Notes under the pieces: generated by a model
Databases searched by the model: none
What the model was told of the DNA's origin: nothing
The model's input: only the letters and a program-made list of their open reading frames with translations
Shown: positions 28,775 to 38,499 of the stretch, one piece after another
How positions within the stretch are numbered: position 1 is the stretch's first letter
How the letters are laid out: each line of letters opens with the position of its first letter
Assembly (NCBI GenBank): GCA_003056145.1
Contig: LSNL01000001.1
Span: 9,351 to 73,350, forward strand
Length of the DNA stretch: 64,000 nt
From: Parcubacteria group bacterium M10-OD1-1
Lineage (GTDB): Bacteria; Patescibacteriota; Minisyncoccia; Moranbacterales; UBA2206
Reading direction: 5' to 3'
Position numbers and translations under genes: made by a program

Positions 28775-29347
28775 TTATTTTTTACCTAAGTTTTTTAAAG
28801 CTTCTTTTACTCTTGCACCTACTTCTTTTATTTTTGGAGAAACCATTTTCAAAGCCTCCCTAGCTTCAGTAGTAGAATAACCAATACTCAGAAGAGCTTC
28901 TACGGCATCACTATCAATAGTTGCTTCTTCCTTTTCTTCTGTAGTCATAGTAGCTACTTTATTTTGTAATTCTAAAATCACTCTTTCGGCAGTTTTCTTT
29001 CCAACGCCAGAAACTTTAGTTAGAATTGCTGGATCATTATTTAGAATAGCCGTTTTAATAGTCTTCGGCGTTGCAATAGACAAAATACTCATCCCTGCCT
29101 TTGGACCAATCCCAGAAATAGAAATTAAAAGTTCAAAAATTTCTAATTCTTCTCGACTTAAAAAACCGTATAATGCTAGCGTATCTTCTCTGACATAAGT
29201 ATAGATAAAAAAACTCACCTCTTTTAATTGAGAAGTTTTTCCAGCAGTATAAGCACTCAAACCAACTTTATAACCAACCCCATTAACATCTATAACAGCA
29301 TAGCTATCCTGCATATATTCAATTTTTCCTGTTAACTTAGCAATCAT
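28775..29347 (-). CDS. ruvA: Holliday junction branch migration protein RuvA
   Basis: MIAKLTG, DVNGVGY, VRED..LYGF, ISGIGPK, GVGKKTAERVILEL. Confidence 0.97.
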   Translation of the reverse strand: MIAKLTGKIEYMQDSYAVIDVNGVGYKVGLSAYTAGKTSQLKEVSFFIYTYVREDTLALYGFLSREELEIFELLISISGIGPKAGMSILSIATPKTIKTAILNNDPAILTKVSGVGKKTAERVILELQNKVATMTTEEKEEATIDSDAVEALLSIGYSTTEAREALKMVSPKIKEVGARVKEALKNLGKK

Positions 29348-29499
29348 ATTTTAATTCTATCATTTATCTCCCTCCTTGCCAAAAATAATATAATATGCTA
29401 AAAATAATTAGTCTTAGTTCCAAAACTATTTAGATTATAAATTTTAACTTATCAAGTTAATTTTTGCATTATTGCATTATTAACTTGTCTCAAAAGAAC

Positions 29500-29769
29500 G
29501 TGCCAATTAAAAACTCAGCTAAAAAATATATGCGAGTAACCGCTCGTAAAACCGAAAAAAATAAACGAATTAAGGGACAATTTCGTTCTGCGATTAAAGC
29601 CACTAAAACTGCTTTAACAAAAGGAACTATTGATAAAGCTCAGGAATATCTTAAAAAATCGATTAAGGCTTTAGATAAAGCAGCTCAAAAAAAAGTTTTG
29701 TCTAAAAATACTGTGGCTCGCTATAAATCTAAACTTAATAAAGCCGTAAAAACTGATAGTCAAAAATAA
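29500..29769 (+). CDS. rpsT: 30S ribosomal protein S20
   Basis: GTG start at 29500: PIKNSAKKYMR...LDKAAQK..LSKNTVARYKSKL. Confidence 0.93.
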   Translation: MPIKNSAKKYMRVTARKTEKNKRIKGQFRSAIKATKTALTKGTIDKAQEYLKKSIKALDKAAQKKVLSKNTVARYKSKLNKAVKTDSQK

Positions 29770-29788
29770 TTTTCTTATTTTTTGTCAA

Positions 29789-29821
29789 AATAAAAAACCA
29801 CTATTTTAGTGGTTTTTTATT
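29789..29821. terminator. Bidirectional intrinsic terminator between rpsT and holA
   Basis: aataaaaaaccacta-ttt-tagtggttttttatt. Confidence 0.8.
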
Positions 29822-29845
29822 GTTATCTTTTTAGTAAAAGAATAT

Positions 29846-30817
29846 TTATAATTCTACAATAAATTTAACTAGAGCTAATTTTATATCTACTTCTCCAGTT
29901 TTGATAGTTATATCTAACTGACTTAACTCTTGATAAATCTTTTTTAGTTGAGAAAAAGAAAAATTTTTAATTTGGCTAAGTGTTTTTTTTATTACAAAAG
30001 GATGCAATTTAGCCACTTTAGCAATTTCGTATTCGGTTAGTTGGTTATTAATTGCTAAATCTGATACTTTAAGCATATTTCTAAATTGATAGACTAACAT
30101 CGACAAAAGATAAAAAGGATCTTCCCCCTTGGCTAGATGTTCATAAATCAAATTCAAAGCTTCTTTTTTATTATTAGCTCCAATAGCATCAATAGCTTGG
30201 AAAATGCTACTTTTCAAATTATTTTTAACTAAATTTCTTATTTCTTTTAAGGTGATAATTTCTCCCGCTGAAAAATTAACTAATTTTTGTAACTCTGAAA
30301 AAATAAGATACTTATTATTTTGACAAACACTTAATAGTTCTTTCAAAGCTTCTTTTTCAATTTTAGCCTTTGGATCAATCTTAAATAATATCTGTAAAAT
30401 TGATTGTTCTAACTTGAAACCAACTAAGTTATCAAACTGTTGTTTTTTAGCTTTCTCTTTTAAAAATTTAAACAGAGCGTTATTTTTTCTAGGCATTCCC
30501 ACTTCCCAAAAAATTATGATTCTATCTTTATCATTCAATAGCTCGTTAGAATTTTTTTTCAAAAATTCTAATATAGTTTTTTCCTCTAAACTTAAAGCAG
30601 AAGAAAATAAATTTTTAATTATTATTAAACGCTTGGGCGCTAATAGATTAGCTGTTCTTAAAGTAGCTATAATTTTTGAAATAATATTTTTTTCTTCTTC
30701 TATATCAAAAACTGACAAGCCAGATCCTGACTTGTCAGAAGATAAAAATTTCTTTTTTAATTCTAATAATTTCCTACTCGATTGAAAATAGTCTTCACCA
30801 TATAAAAAGATTATCAT
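29846..30817 (-). CDS. holA: DNA polymerase III delta subunit
   Basis: IFLYGED, L..KRLIIIKN, ELQKL, IFQAIDAI, LVYQFRNML, LHPFVIKK, DITIKTG; convergent with rpsT. Confidence 0.9.
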   Translation of the reverse strand: MIIFLYGEDYFQSSRKLLELKKKFLSSDKSGSGLSVFDIEEEKNIISKIIATLRTANLLAPKRLIIIKNLFSSALSLEEKTILEFLKKNSNELLNDKDRIIIFWEVGMPRKNNALFKFLKEKAKKQQFDNLVGFKLEQSILQILFKIDPKAKIEKEALKELLSVCQNNKYLIFSELQKLVNFSAGEIITLKEIRNLVKNNLKSSIFQAIDAIGANNKKEALNLIYEHLAKGEDPFYLLSMLVYQFRNMLKVSDLAINNQLTEYEIAKVAKLHPFVIKKTLSQIKNFSFSQLKKIYQELSQLDITIKTGEVDIKLALVKFIVEL

Positions 30818-30837
30818 ACCTAATTAACTGAAAAAAA

Positions 30838-31965
30838 TTAATTTTGAACTGTCCAATGTAATCCTTGTCCAGGCTCTAATATTTCTACCCAAATTTGTCC
30901 AGGAACAAATTTAAATTGTTGTCCAGCGTCATCATAAAAATACAACTTGCTATCTAATCTAGATTTATCTTTTTTCCAAGTTCCAGTATAAGTTTTTCCA
31001 TTAATATAATAATGAGCCGATCCACTATCAGAAGTATCATACCAAGGATCTCCCAATTGAACATTATTATATTGGATACCCTTAATCATTTGGGCAGATT
31101 TAGCAAACATCACTACAACATTTTTAGGAGCTAATTGCTTTTTATTATCTCTATCGGTATCAATTACTCCACCCCAGGTTCTTAAATAAGAATTACTTTT
31201 TTTATCGTAAGTATATTTAACATTATAAGGTTTAGCAAAATTAACACTTAGCGTTCCTCCCTTAGGTCGTTGGTTTAAAGGAGCTTCCTCTTGATGAGGA
31301 TAACCAGAAAATTTATCAATCATATTATATTTAAAAGCTTTTGCTCCTTCTAAAAGACGAGAGAATTTTGCATAACCAGTGTCATCTCCCTTCAGACGAA
31401 CTTTAGGAAAGGCTCGGTCCTTAGCTAAAACCGCTAAACTTTTTCTATAACAATATTTTTGGGCTGAACGTCCTCCGTCATTATTACAATTCATATCATC
31501 AATCACACCCTCTTTTAATTTATCTAAAGCATAGTGAGAACCACCCCAATGAACAAAAATAGCATCTAATCCTTTAGCTAGTGCAATATAATCATGGCGA
31601 GCACTTCGCATTGAACCAAGATCAGTTGGATTACCACAAACATAGACTGCCATTAATCTAGTAATGCTCGCCGTTACTACCGGCATTTCGAAAACCATAT
31701 CTGCGCTACTCAATCCTGCATCTGGTCGAGCTGAGAGATCTGATGGTTGCATAACCGCAATAGGACGTCTATTCCAATCAGCACAAGCCAGACCAGAAAG
31801 AGGACTAACATGACCATTATTAACCGGTTTAGCACTTTCTAGCTGAGGTTTTTCATTAATGTTAATTTGTTTGACCTTTTTTTTACTAGATTTTAGAAAA
31901 TAGTAACCTCCAAAAATTATCCCTATCACTACCAAAGCAACTATTATTTTTTTATTTTTGTTCAT
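30838..31965 (-). CDS. DUF3048 family exported protein
   Basis: TM anchor, SPLSG, RPIAVM, ARPDAGLSSADMVFE, ITRLMA, GSMRSAR, PGQIWVE. Confidence 0.85.
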   Translation of the reverse strand: MNKNKKIIVALVVIGIIFGGYYFLKSSKKKVKQININEKPQLESAKPVNNGHVSPLSGLACADWNRRPIAVMQPSDLSARPDAGLSSADMVFEMPVVTASITRLMAVYVCGNPTDLGSMRSARHDYIALAKGLDAIFVHWGGSHYALDKLKEGVIDDMNCNNDGGRSAQKYCYRKSLAVLAKDRAFPKVRLKGDDTGYAKFSRLLEGAKAFKYNMIDKFSGYPHQEEAPLNQRPKGGTLSVNFAKPYNVKYTYDKKSNSYLRTWGGVIDTDRDNKKQLAPKNVVVMFAKSAQMIKGIQYNNVQLGDPWYDTSDSGSAHYYINGKTYTGTWKKDKSRLDSKLYFYDDAGQQFKFVPGQIWVEILEPGQGLHWTVQN

Positions 31966-32058
31966 AGTTTAATTATTATAAATTATTCTTTTAAAATTAT
32001 TATACCACAGAAATTTATTTTTTCTGAATTATCTTCTTCCACTTTTAATTTATTTTTT

Positions 32059-33006
32059 TTATTTTTGACATTTTAGACAAAAGAAAATACTTCTCTGAGC
32101 TAATTTTTCTCTTTGAATTGTAGCTTTACTTTTTTGATTTTTCTTCCAACAACGAGGACATTTTTCTCCTTCTTTTTTATAAACTTTTAAAACTTTCTGA
32201 AAATTACCTGGAGCGCCTTCTGTATCTCGATAATCACTATCTGAAGTGCCTCTCATTTTAATAGCTTTTTTTAAAATTTTTTTAGTCGCCTGATAAATTC
32301 TTTTTATTTCTATTTCTTTTAAATCTTTGACTAATCGCTCAGGGTGAATACCAGCTTCAAATAAAATTTCACTCCGATAAATATTTCCAATCCCAGCTAT
32401 CAATTCTTGCTCCATTAAAATTATTCCGATTTTTTTAGTTTTTAAACTTAATTGACCTTTGGAATTTTTTTTCTGCAAAATTTCTTGAAACTTTTTAAAA
32501 GTAAACTCTTCACTGACAGCGTCAATACCTAATTTTTTAATAACTGGCAAAGCTGAAATCGATTGAGTATCTATTAATACTATTTTAGCAAATTTACGCA
32601 AATCAGAAAATTCTAAAGTTAAATCATATTCTTTATTTTCTTTTTGGTTTTTCTTTTTATTTAGTTTATCCTTTAAATAAAAAATGTGATGAATATACTG
32701 ATTAACTTTTTCTTGAAAATATTCTCCTTGAGTGGTATTGTTTTTTTCTCTTTTTTTAACTAAAAGATGTCCAGTCATCTTTAAATGAATATACAAAGTT
32801 TTTCCATTTGATAAATCAAGAAAAATATTTTTTCCCAATCTATAAATTTTCAAAATTTTCTGACCAGTTATTAATTTAGTAAATTTCTCAACCGTTAACT
32901 CTTTAATAGTTTTCTCCCAATCACTCCAAAAATCAATAATTATTTTACCTTTAATTTTTTTATTTAAATCAGAGACTACTGTTTGTACCTCTGGAAGTTC
33001 TGGCAT
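32059..33006 (-). CDS. mutM: Formamidopyrimidine-DNA glycosylase
   Basis: MPELPEV, HLKMTG, DLRKF, AGIGNIY..E.LF, C-terminal CPRC..CLKCQ zinc finger. Confidence 0.96.
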   Translation of the reverse strand: MPELPEVQTVVSDLNKKIKGKIIIDFWSDWEKTIKELTVEKFTKLITGQKILKIYRLGKNIFLDLSNGKTLYIHLKMTGHLLVKKREKNNTTQGEYFQEKVNQYIHHIFYLKDKLNKKKNQKENKEYDLTLEFSDLRKFAKIVLIDTQSISALPVIKKLGIDAVSEEFTFKKFQEILQKKNSKGQLSLKTKKIGIILMEQELIAGIGNIYRSEILFEAGIHPERLVKDLKEIEIKRIYQATKKILKKAIKMRGTSDSDYRDTEGAPGNFQKVLKVYKKEGEKCPRCWKKNQKSKATIQREKLAQRSIFFCLKCQK

Positions 33007-33067
33007 ATTTTTTATGATTTTATTAAATACTCTTTTTTTATTATTTCTTTTTTCAATAATTAAAACT

Positions 33068-35755
33068 CTACAGCTCTCCCCAATTATCCCCTATTTTTAC
33101 ATCCACAACTAAAGGAACTTTTAGGGCATAAACTTGCTCCATTATGGCTTTTGTTTTTTTAGCTACTTCCTCCGCTAAGGATTCCTTCACTTCTAAGATA
33201 ATTTCGTCGTGAACTTGAAGAACCATTTTAACAGCTGGGTTATTTTCGTACTCCTTAAAAACCGCTATCATTGCTAATTTCATAATATCAGCTGACATCC
33301 CTTGAATTGGCATATTAATAGCCATTCTTTCAGCCGAATTTTGAATTTTAAAATTAGGAGAATTTATTTCTGGTAAATACCTTCTTCTACCCATTTCCGT
33401 TTCCACATAACTTCTTTTTTTAGCTAATTCTTTAGTGGTTTTCATATAGTTAGCTACTCCTGGAAATTTTTTCATATACGCTTCAATAAATTTCTTAGCT
33501 TCTTCTTTTTCAATTTTTGCCGACTGAGAAAAACCAAAAGCACTCATTCCATAAATTACGCCAAAATTTAAAGCCTTCGCGCTAGAACGCATTTTTTCTG
33601 TTACCTGAGAAGGAGCAACTTTATTTATCTCCGCTGCTGTTGCTAGATGAATATCTTTTCCTTGCCAAAAAAGTTCTATCATTTTTTTATCCTTAGCTAC
33701 ATGAGCAACTGCTCTCAAATCAATTTGTGAATAGTCGGCACTAACAAAACGAAAACCTTCTTTAGCTTCAAAAGCCACTCGTAAAAGCTGCCCTAACTCT
33801 GTGCGAATAGGAATATTTTGTAAGTTAGGATCAGAAGAAGAAAGTCTTCCCGTAGCAGTTACAGCCTGATTGTAAGTTGTGTGAAGACGAGAGTTTTCAT
33901 CTACCATCTTTGGTAGAGTATCTAGGTAGGTTGTTTTTAGTTTGAAAACTTCTCGATATTCCTCAATTTTACTAATAATCTTATGCTTATTCTTTAATTT
34001 TCCTAATTCAGCTGAAGCGGTAGAAAAATTAGTTTTTCCTTTTTTAATTCCTTCCGTAGAAATTTTTAGTCTAACAAAAAGAATCTCAGCTAATTGCTTT
34101 GGAGAATTAATGTTAAATTCTATTCCTGCTAATTGGTAAATATTTTTTTCTAAGTTTTTAATTTTAATTTCAATTTTTTCAGCAATTCCTTGAAATAAAA
34201 CAGTATTTAATTTTATTCCAGTTAATTCCATTTCAGCTAAAATTTTAACTAAAGGCATTTCAATTTCTCGAAAAATTTTAACTAAATTATATTTTGGATT
34301 TTGAGTTTGAATTATTTCTTTGATTTTATTTTCGTAAATAAATTTTAACTTAAAAATATAATCTGCCCGCTGGCATTCATTAGAAGCTACATTTTGAAGA
34401 GTTTCCATTTCCAGTCCTAATTGTCCTTTCTTCTTTTCTTCTTCAATTTCTTCCCCTAAAGAAGCTAAAACCAATTGAGAAAAGTCTACTTTAGAGCCTG
34501 GATTTAAAACATAAGCTGAAAGCATTATATCAAAAAGTTCACCCCGTAAGGTTATCTTAGCTTTAGCCAAGACTTCCTTATTTTTTTTCAAATCATAACC
34601 AATTTTACTAATTTTAGAATTTTCTAAAATACTTTTTATACTCTCATAATTTTCTTCTTTAAATTCTAAATAACCAGCTCTTCCTTTTTTATAAGCTATC
34701 GCGATACCTAAAATATCAGCCTTGAAATTTTTTTCTCCTCTCGTTTTCAATTTAATGGCTACTTCTTTCTGCTGGTTTAATAATTCCAAAAACTTCAATT
34801 TATTCTCTTTGGAAATAAGTTGGTATTTAAAATCTTTCACTCCTCCTGACTGAGAATTATTTTTCCTTAATTCTCCTTCTTCTGACGGCAATCTTTTAAT
34901 CAGAGAATAAAAATTTAATTCTTGAAAAAGAGTCACTATTTTTTCTCTGTTAAATTTATTAGTTTTAGCTTCTTTTAGATTAATTTTAATAGCCACATTT
35001 TTTACTATCGTTGCCAGTCTTTTGCTCTGAAGAGCTTGCATTTTATCTCGAGCTAATTTATCTTTAATTGCTCCTTTAATTTCTTCTAGATGTTTATAGA
35101 CATTTTCGATCGTACTATATTTTTGTAAAAGAGTAGATGCTGTTTTTTCTCCAATACCTTTAACTCCTGGTATATTATCGGACGGATCACCTCTTAATCC
35201 TTTAAAATCAATAATTTGTTCAGGAGTTAAACCATAACGTTCTTGAATTTTTTTTCTATCATAAAAAACTGAATCAGTTATCCCTCTTCGCATAGTATAA
35301 ACTTTAGTCTTTTCATTAACTAGTTGAAGTGTATCTAAATCTCCTGTTACAATAATAATTTCTTTTATTGTTGTTTCTTGTTTTGCTTGTTGAGCCATTG
35401 TACCAATTAAATCATCTGCTTCAAAACCTTCTTTTTCATAAATTGGTATCCCCATAGCTCTGGTTACTTCTTTAACTCGGTCAATTTGAGCGTATAAATC
35501 ATCAGGAGCTTTTGTTCTATTAGCTTTATAATCAGGAAATTCTTGATGCCTAAAAGTTGGTGCTAATAAATCAAACGACGCTAAAATATAATCTGGTTGA
35601 AACTTATCAATAACCGATAAAAGAGTAGAAGCAAATCCATAAACAGCATTAACTAGTTCACCTTCTTTAGTCATTAAAGACGGAATAGCATGATAAGATC
35701 GATGAATTATGGCATTTCCATCAATAAGGACTAGTTTTTTTAGTTTATTTTCCAT
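33068..35755 (-). CDS. polA: DNA polymerase I
   Basis: 5'-3' exonuclease (LIDG, YKANR, EADD, GDPSDNIPGVKGIG), TGRLSSSDPNLQNIP, ADYSQIDLR, AKALNFGVIYG, QVHDE. Confidence 0.97.
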   Translation of the reverse strand: MENKLKKLVLIDGNAIIHRSYHAIPSLMTKEGELVNAVYGFASTLLSVIDKFQPDYILASFDLLAPTFRHQEFPDYKANRTKAPDDLYAQIDRVKEVTRAMGIPIYEKEGFEADDLIGTMAQQAKQETTIKEIIIVTGDLDTLQLVNEKTKVYTMRRGITDSVFYDRKKIQERYGLTPEQIIDFKGLRGDPSDNIPGVKGIGEKTASTLLQKYSTIENVYKHLEEIKGAIKDKLARDKMQALQSKRLATIVKNVAIKINLKEAKTNKFNREKIVTLFQELNFYSLIKRLPSEEGELRKNNSQSGGVKDFKYQLISKENKLKFLELLNQQKEVAIKLKTRGEKNFKADILGIAIAYKKGRAGYLEFKEENYESIKSILENSKISKIGYDLKKNKEVLAKAKITLRGELFDIMLSAYVLNPGSKVDFSQLVLASLGEEIEEEKKKGQLGLEMETLQNVASNECQRADYIFKLKFIYENKIKEIIQTQNPKYNLVKIFREIEMPLVKILAEMELTGIKLNTVLFQGIAEKIEIKIKNLEKNIYQLAGIEFNINSPKQLAEILFVRLKISTEGIKKGKTNFSTASAELGKLKNKHKIISKIEEYREVFKLKTTYLDTLPKMVDENSRLHTTYNQAVTATGRLSSSDPNLQNIPIRTELGQLLRVAFEAKEGFRFVSADYSQIDLRAVAHVAKDKKMIELFWQGKDIHLATAAEINKVAPSQVTEKMRSSAKALNFGVIYGMSAFGFSQSAKIEKEEAKKFIEAYMKKFPGVANYMKTTKELAKKRSYVETEMGRRRYLPEINSPNFKIQNSAERMAINMPIQGMSADIMKLAMIAVFKEYENNPAVKMVLQVHDEIILEVKESLAEEVAKKTKAIMEQVYALKVPLVVDVKIGDNWGEL

Positions 35756-35884
35756 GTATTCAGTATATACATTTAAGTTACTTCTTACAAATAAAAAACC
35801 AGCAACCTATCAAGGTTAAAAAAAAACCGATCTTCCTTTTTAGGTAAGCCGGTTTTCATTTGATTATTCCTAGTTATAAGTCGA

Positions 35885-36544
35885 TTATAAGTCTATCACA
35901 AGTTTTTTCGCTTTCACAAAAAAATTGAATCTCACTTCCTTTTCCCCATACAGGAAGCCCCCTATAAATAGCCTAGCAGGCCATTTCCCTTTAAGTGGCA
36001 CTAGTGGCCATTTTAAAGAATATTTTTGTTGATTGGCCATCCTTTGTATTTGCAAAAAATTTCTAATTAAATAAATCTCTGATATTGATCCATTGTAAAT
36101 TTTGTAATACATTGTCCTGGAAAAAAGTTCAAGCTCTTGACTGGAAACATTCTTAATAATGACAACTTCTACTTCATTATTGGTTTCAATGAATGCTCTC
36201 CTTAATAATTTTAGAACTTTCTTAGTCCTAATATACATCCCAATGAAGAATCCAGTCATTGAAACTGAACTAGCTAGTACCATTGATACTACTAAAAAAA
36301 TTACCGTCTGAATATCAATAAGAGAACTTCTAAATAAGACACTATTTACTACAGAAAACATAATAATAAAGATCGGGAGAAAAAGTTGCAAAAACGGACT
36401 AGCAAGATATCCCCCTAGATACCCAACTGTCCAACAAGCGACAAGAAAAATTATCAGACGATACTCTCCAGAAAAGTCTCCAGTCACTAAAATTGCCCAA
36501 ATAGCATTTAAATAATTACTAATAAAATTTTCTATCATTGCCAT
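35885..36544 (-). CDS. Hypothetical membrane protein (orphan)
   Basis: About 3 TM helices; SD AGGAGG; own promoter TTGACA-17-TAAGCT (36618-36646). Confidence 0.65.
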   Translation of the reverse strand: MAMIENFISNYLNAIWAILVTGDFSGEYRLIIFLVACWTVGYLGGYLASPFLQLFLPIFIIMFSVVNSVLFRSSLIDIQTVIFLVVSMVLASSVSMTGFFIGMYIRTKKVLKLLRRAFIETNNEVEVVIIKNVSSQELELFSRTMYYKIYNGSISEIYLIRNFLQIQRMANQQKYSLKWPLVPLKGKWPARLFIGGFLYGEKEVRFNFFVKAKKLVIDL

Positions 36545-36730
36545 TCCCTCCTAAAAATAAGTTTTGTCAATCATTTTGGAAAAATTTCCATATTACTTTG
36601 CCAAAGAACTTCCGATTAGCTTACCTTAAGAAATCTACTCTGTCAATTTTTAAATGTAAAGTGAAAAATTTATTTTTTCTCTTTCACTGATAAAAGCCAT
36701 CCAATTGACAAAATAGATTTATTTCATTAA

Positions 36731-37480
36731 TTAGTTCACTAAAGGCTCAATAGTTTTTACAATTACATCTTCTAATGGATGGTCATTTTCATTAACTTTA
36801 ACATTTTCAATTTTTAAAGCAGTCTCCATTCCCTGAACTACTTTGCCAAAAACAGTATAAAGGGGTGGTAAAGGAGCCTTTGGGTTAGCAGTTACAATAA
36901 AAAACTGGCTACCGTTAGTATTAGGTCCAGAATTGGCCATCGCCAATGTTCCTTGCGGGTAAGTTTCTTGTCCAGTTAACTCATCTTTAAATTCATAGCC
37001 TGGTCCGCCTATTCCATCATTACTCCAATCATTATCTTTAGAATTTGGATCTCCACCTTGAATCATAAAACCCTTAATTACCCGATGAAATTTAGTTTTA
37101 TCGTAAAAACCATCTTTAGCTAATTTTAAAAAGTTACCGACGGTTATTGGAGCCTTCCCTCCATAAAATTCGACTTTAATATTACCAAAATTGGTTTTTA
37201 AAACTGCGTATTTGTATTCTTTTACTAAGGCAGAATTATTTCCTACCGTTGCCTGACTAGTTTTCATATGGTTTATTTTAGATTGATTATTTTCTTGTTT
37301 AGTTTGTTTAGTTTGTAAATTGGAGCTATTTTCTTTTTCTGTATTAAGTTTTTTTATATTTCCTTCAGAATTTATTATCGGTTTATTTACCTCCTTTTTA
37401 TTCTCTTTTTCTTTTTGACTACAAGCTGAAAAAGTTATCATAAAGCCCATTACTAGAAATAAATAAACTATTTTTTTCAT
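36731..37480 (-). CDS. Cyclophilin-type peptidyl-prolyl isomerase, lipoprotein
   Basis: Lipobox FSAC; FHRVIKGFMIQGGDP, GPGY.F.DE, LAMANSGPNTNGSQFFI, YTVFGKV. Confidence 0.95.
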   Translation of the reverse strand: MKKIVYLFLVMGFMITFSACSQKEKENKKEVNKPIINSEGNIKKLNTEKENSSNLQTKQTKQENNQSKINHMKTSQATVGNNSALVKEYKYAVLKTNFGNIKVEFYGGKAPITVGNFLKLAKDGFYDKTKFHRVIKGFMIQGGDPNSKDNDWSNDGIGGPGYEFKDELTGQETYPQGTLAMANSGPNTNGSQFFIVTANPKAPLPPLYTVFGKVVQGMETALKIENVKVNENDHPLEDVIVKTIEPLVN

Positions 37481-37487
37481 ATTTTTA

Positions 37488-37910
37488 TTAGTTAATTATT
37501 ATTTTTCTCCGATTTTTATCTAGCCATTGAAAATTTATCCAAATCGCTTTAGCAGGAATTATTTTTTTTATTCTCTCTGCCCATTCAATTATAATAATAT
37601 TTTTAGGATCATTCAATATTTCTTCCCAGCCCAAAGTTAAAATATCTTCTTCTTTAACTCTATAAGCGTCTATGTGATACACTTTTTCATTCCTCCTCTT
37701 AAAATCATATTCTTTTATAATTAAAAAAGTTGGACTCGTATAAGGTCCGGTTAACTTCAGCTCCTCTAAAAATCCTTGTGCAAAAGTAGTCTTTCCCATT
37801 CCTAAATCCCCCGAAAGACAAACAATCCCGCCTTTTTTCATTTTAGCTCCTAATTTAGCCCCTAATTTCTTAGTTTCTTGAGCATTATAAGTAATAATTT
37901 CTTTTTCCAT
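37488..37910 (-). CDS. tsaE: tRNA threonylcarbamoyladenosine biosynthesis ATPase TsaE
   Basis: GDLGMGKTTF, SPTF, YHIDAYR, IIEW. Confidence 0.95.
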   Translation of the reverse strand: MEKEIITYNAQETKKLGAKLGAKMKKGGIVCLSGDLGMGKTTFAQGFLEELKLTGPYTSPTFLIIKEYDFKRRNEKVYHIDAYRVKEEDILTLGWEEILNDPKNIIIIEWAERIKKIIPAKAIWINFQWLDKNRRKIIIN

Positions 37911-37980
37911 CTTTATATTATAAAGTCATTTTAAAAAAAATAAAAGTGGAGCTAGAGAAATTTTTTCTAGTTCCACCAAA

Positions 37981-38033
37981 TTTCGTAAACGAATATTTAT
38001 TAATGACAATACTTTCGTAAACGAATATTTATT
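37981..38033. repeat. 21-bp direct repeat around the stop codon of the small lipoprotein
   Basis: tttcgtaaacgaatatttatt at 37981-38001 and 38013-38033. Confidence 0.85.
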
Positions 38034-38269
38034 CGCCCGTTACTTCCGACGAAAAGATGATATCTATTAGAACATCGTTGGCGAAAACGATACTCTCTTT
38101 GATAACGGGCATAATTTAAATTATTGATATTTCCCGAGAAATTTCCCGAGAAATTTCTCGTCCCAAAACGCATCTGAACCCTGTTCCTGCTTTGAGGATT
38201 AACCCCTACACAACCAGAACAAAATAAACAAACAATAATTACTAAAAGAACTTCATTGAAAATCTTCAT
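38000..38269 (-). CDS. Small basic hypothetical lipoprotein (orphan)
   Basis: Signal peptide with lipobox CSGC; SD AAGGAGG; promoter TTGACT-17-TATTAT (38311-38339). Confidence 0.65.
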   Translation of the reverse strand: MKIFNEVLLVIIVCLFCSGCVGVNPQSRNRVQMRFGTRNFSGNFSGNINNLNYARYQREYRFRQRCSNRYHLFVGSNGRINIRLRKYCH

Positions 38270-38499
38270 CCTTTTCCCCTCCTTTTTTGTTTTATTAATT
38301 TTGATTTTATATAATACCTCAAAATACTTTAAAAGTCAAGACTTTTAACCTTTTTAACTCACCCTCTATTTATTTTAGTTTATTTTATTTTATATTCCAA
38401 ACAGTTTAAGTTCTGATTTGACATTAAAAAAAAATCTTGCTAGATTATAACATCAGCTTAATTAAAGTAATTCTTTTTATAATCTTATTTAAATATATT

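Noticed and set aside
34400-34800. Missing 3'-5' exonuclease acidic residues in PolA
   Set aside because: An inactive proofreading domain is common in bacterial Pol I
37981-38033. Direct repeats as a possible CRISPR array
   Set aside because: Only two 21-bp copies with an 11-bp spacer, overlapping a CDS, and no cas genes; no CRISPR array seen in the window
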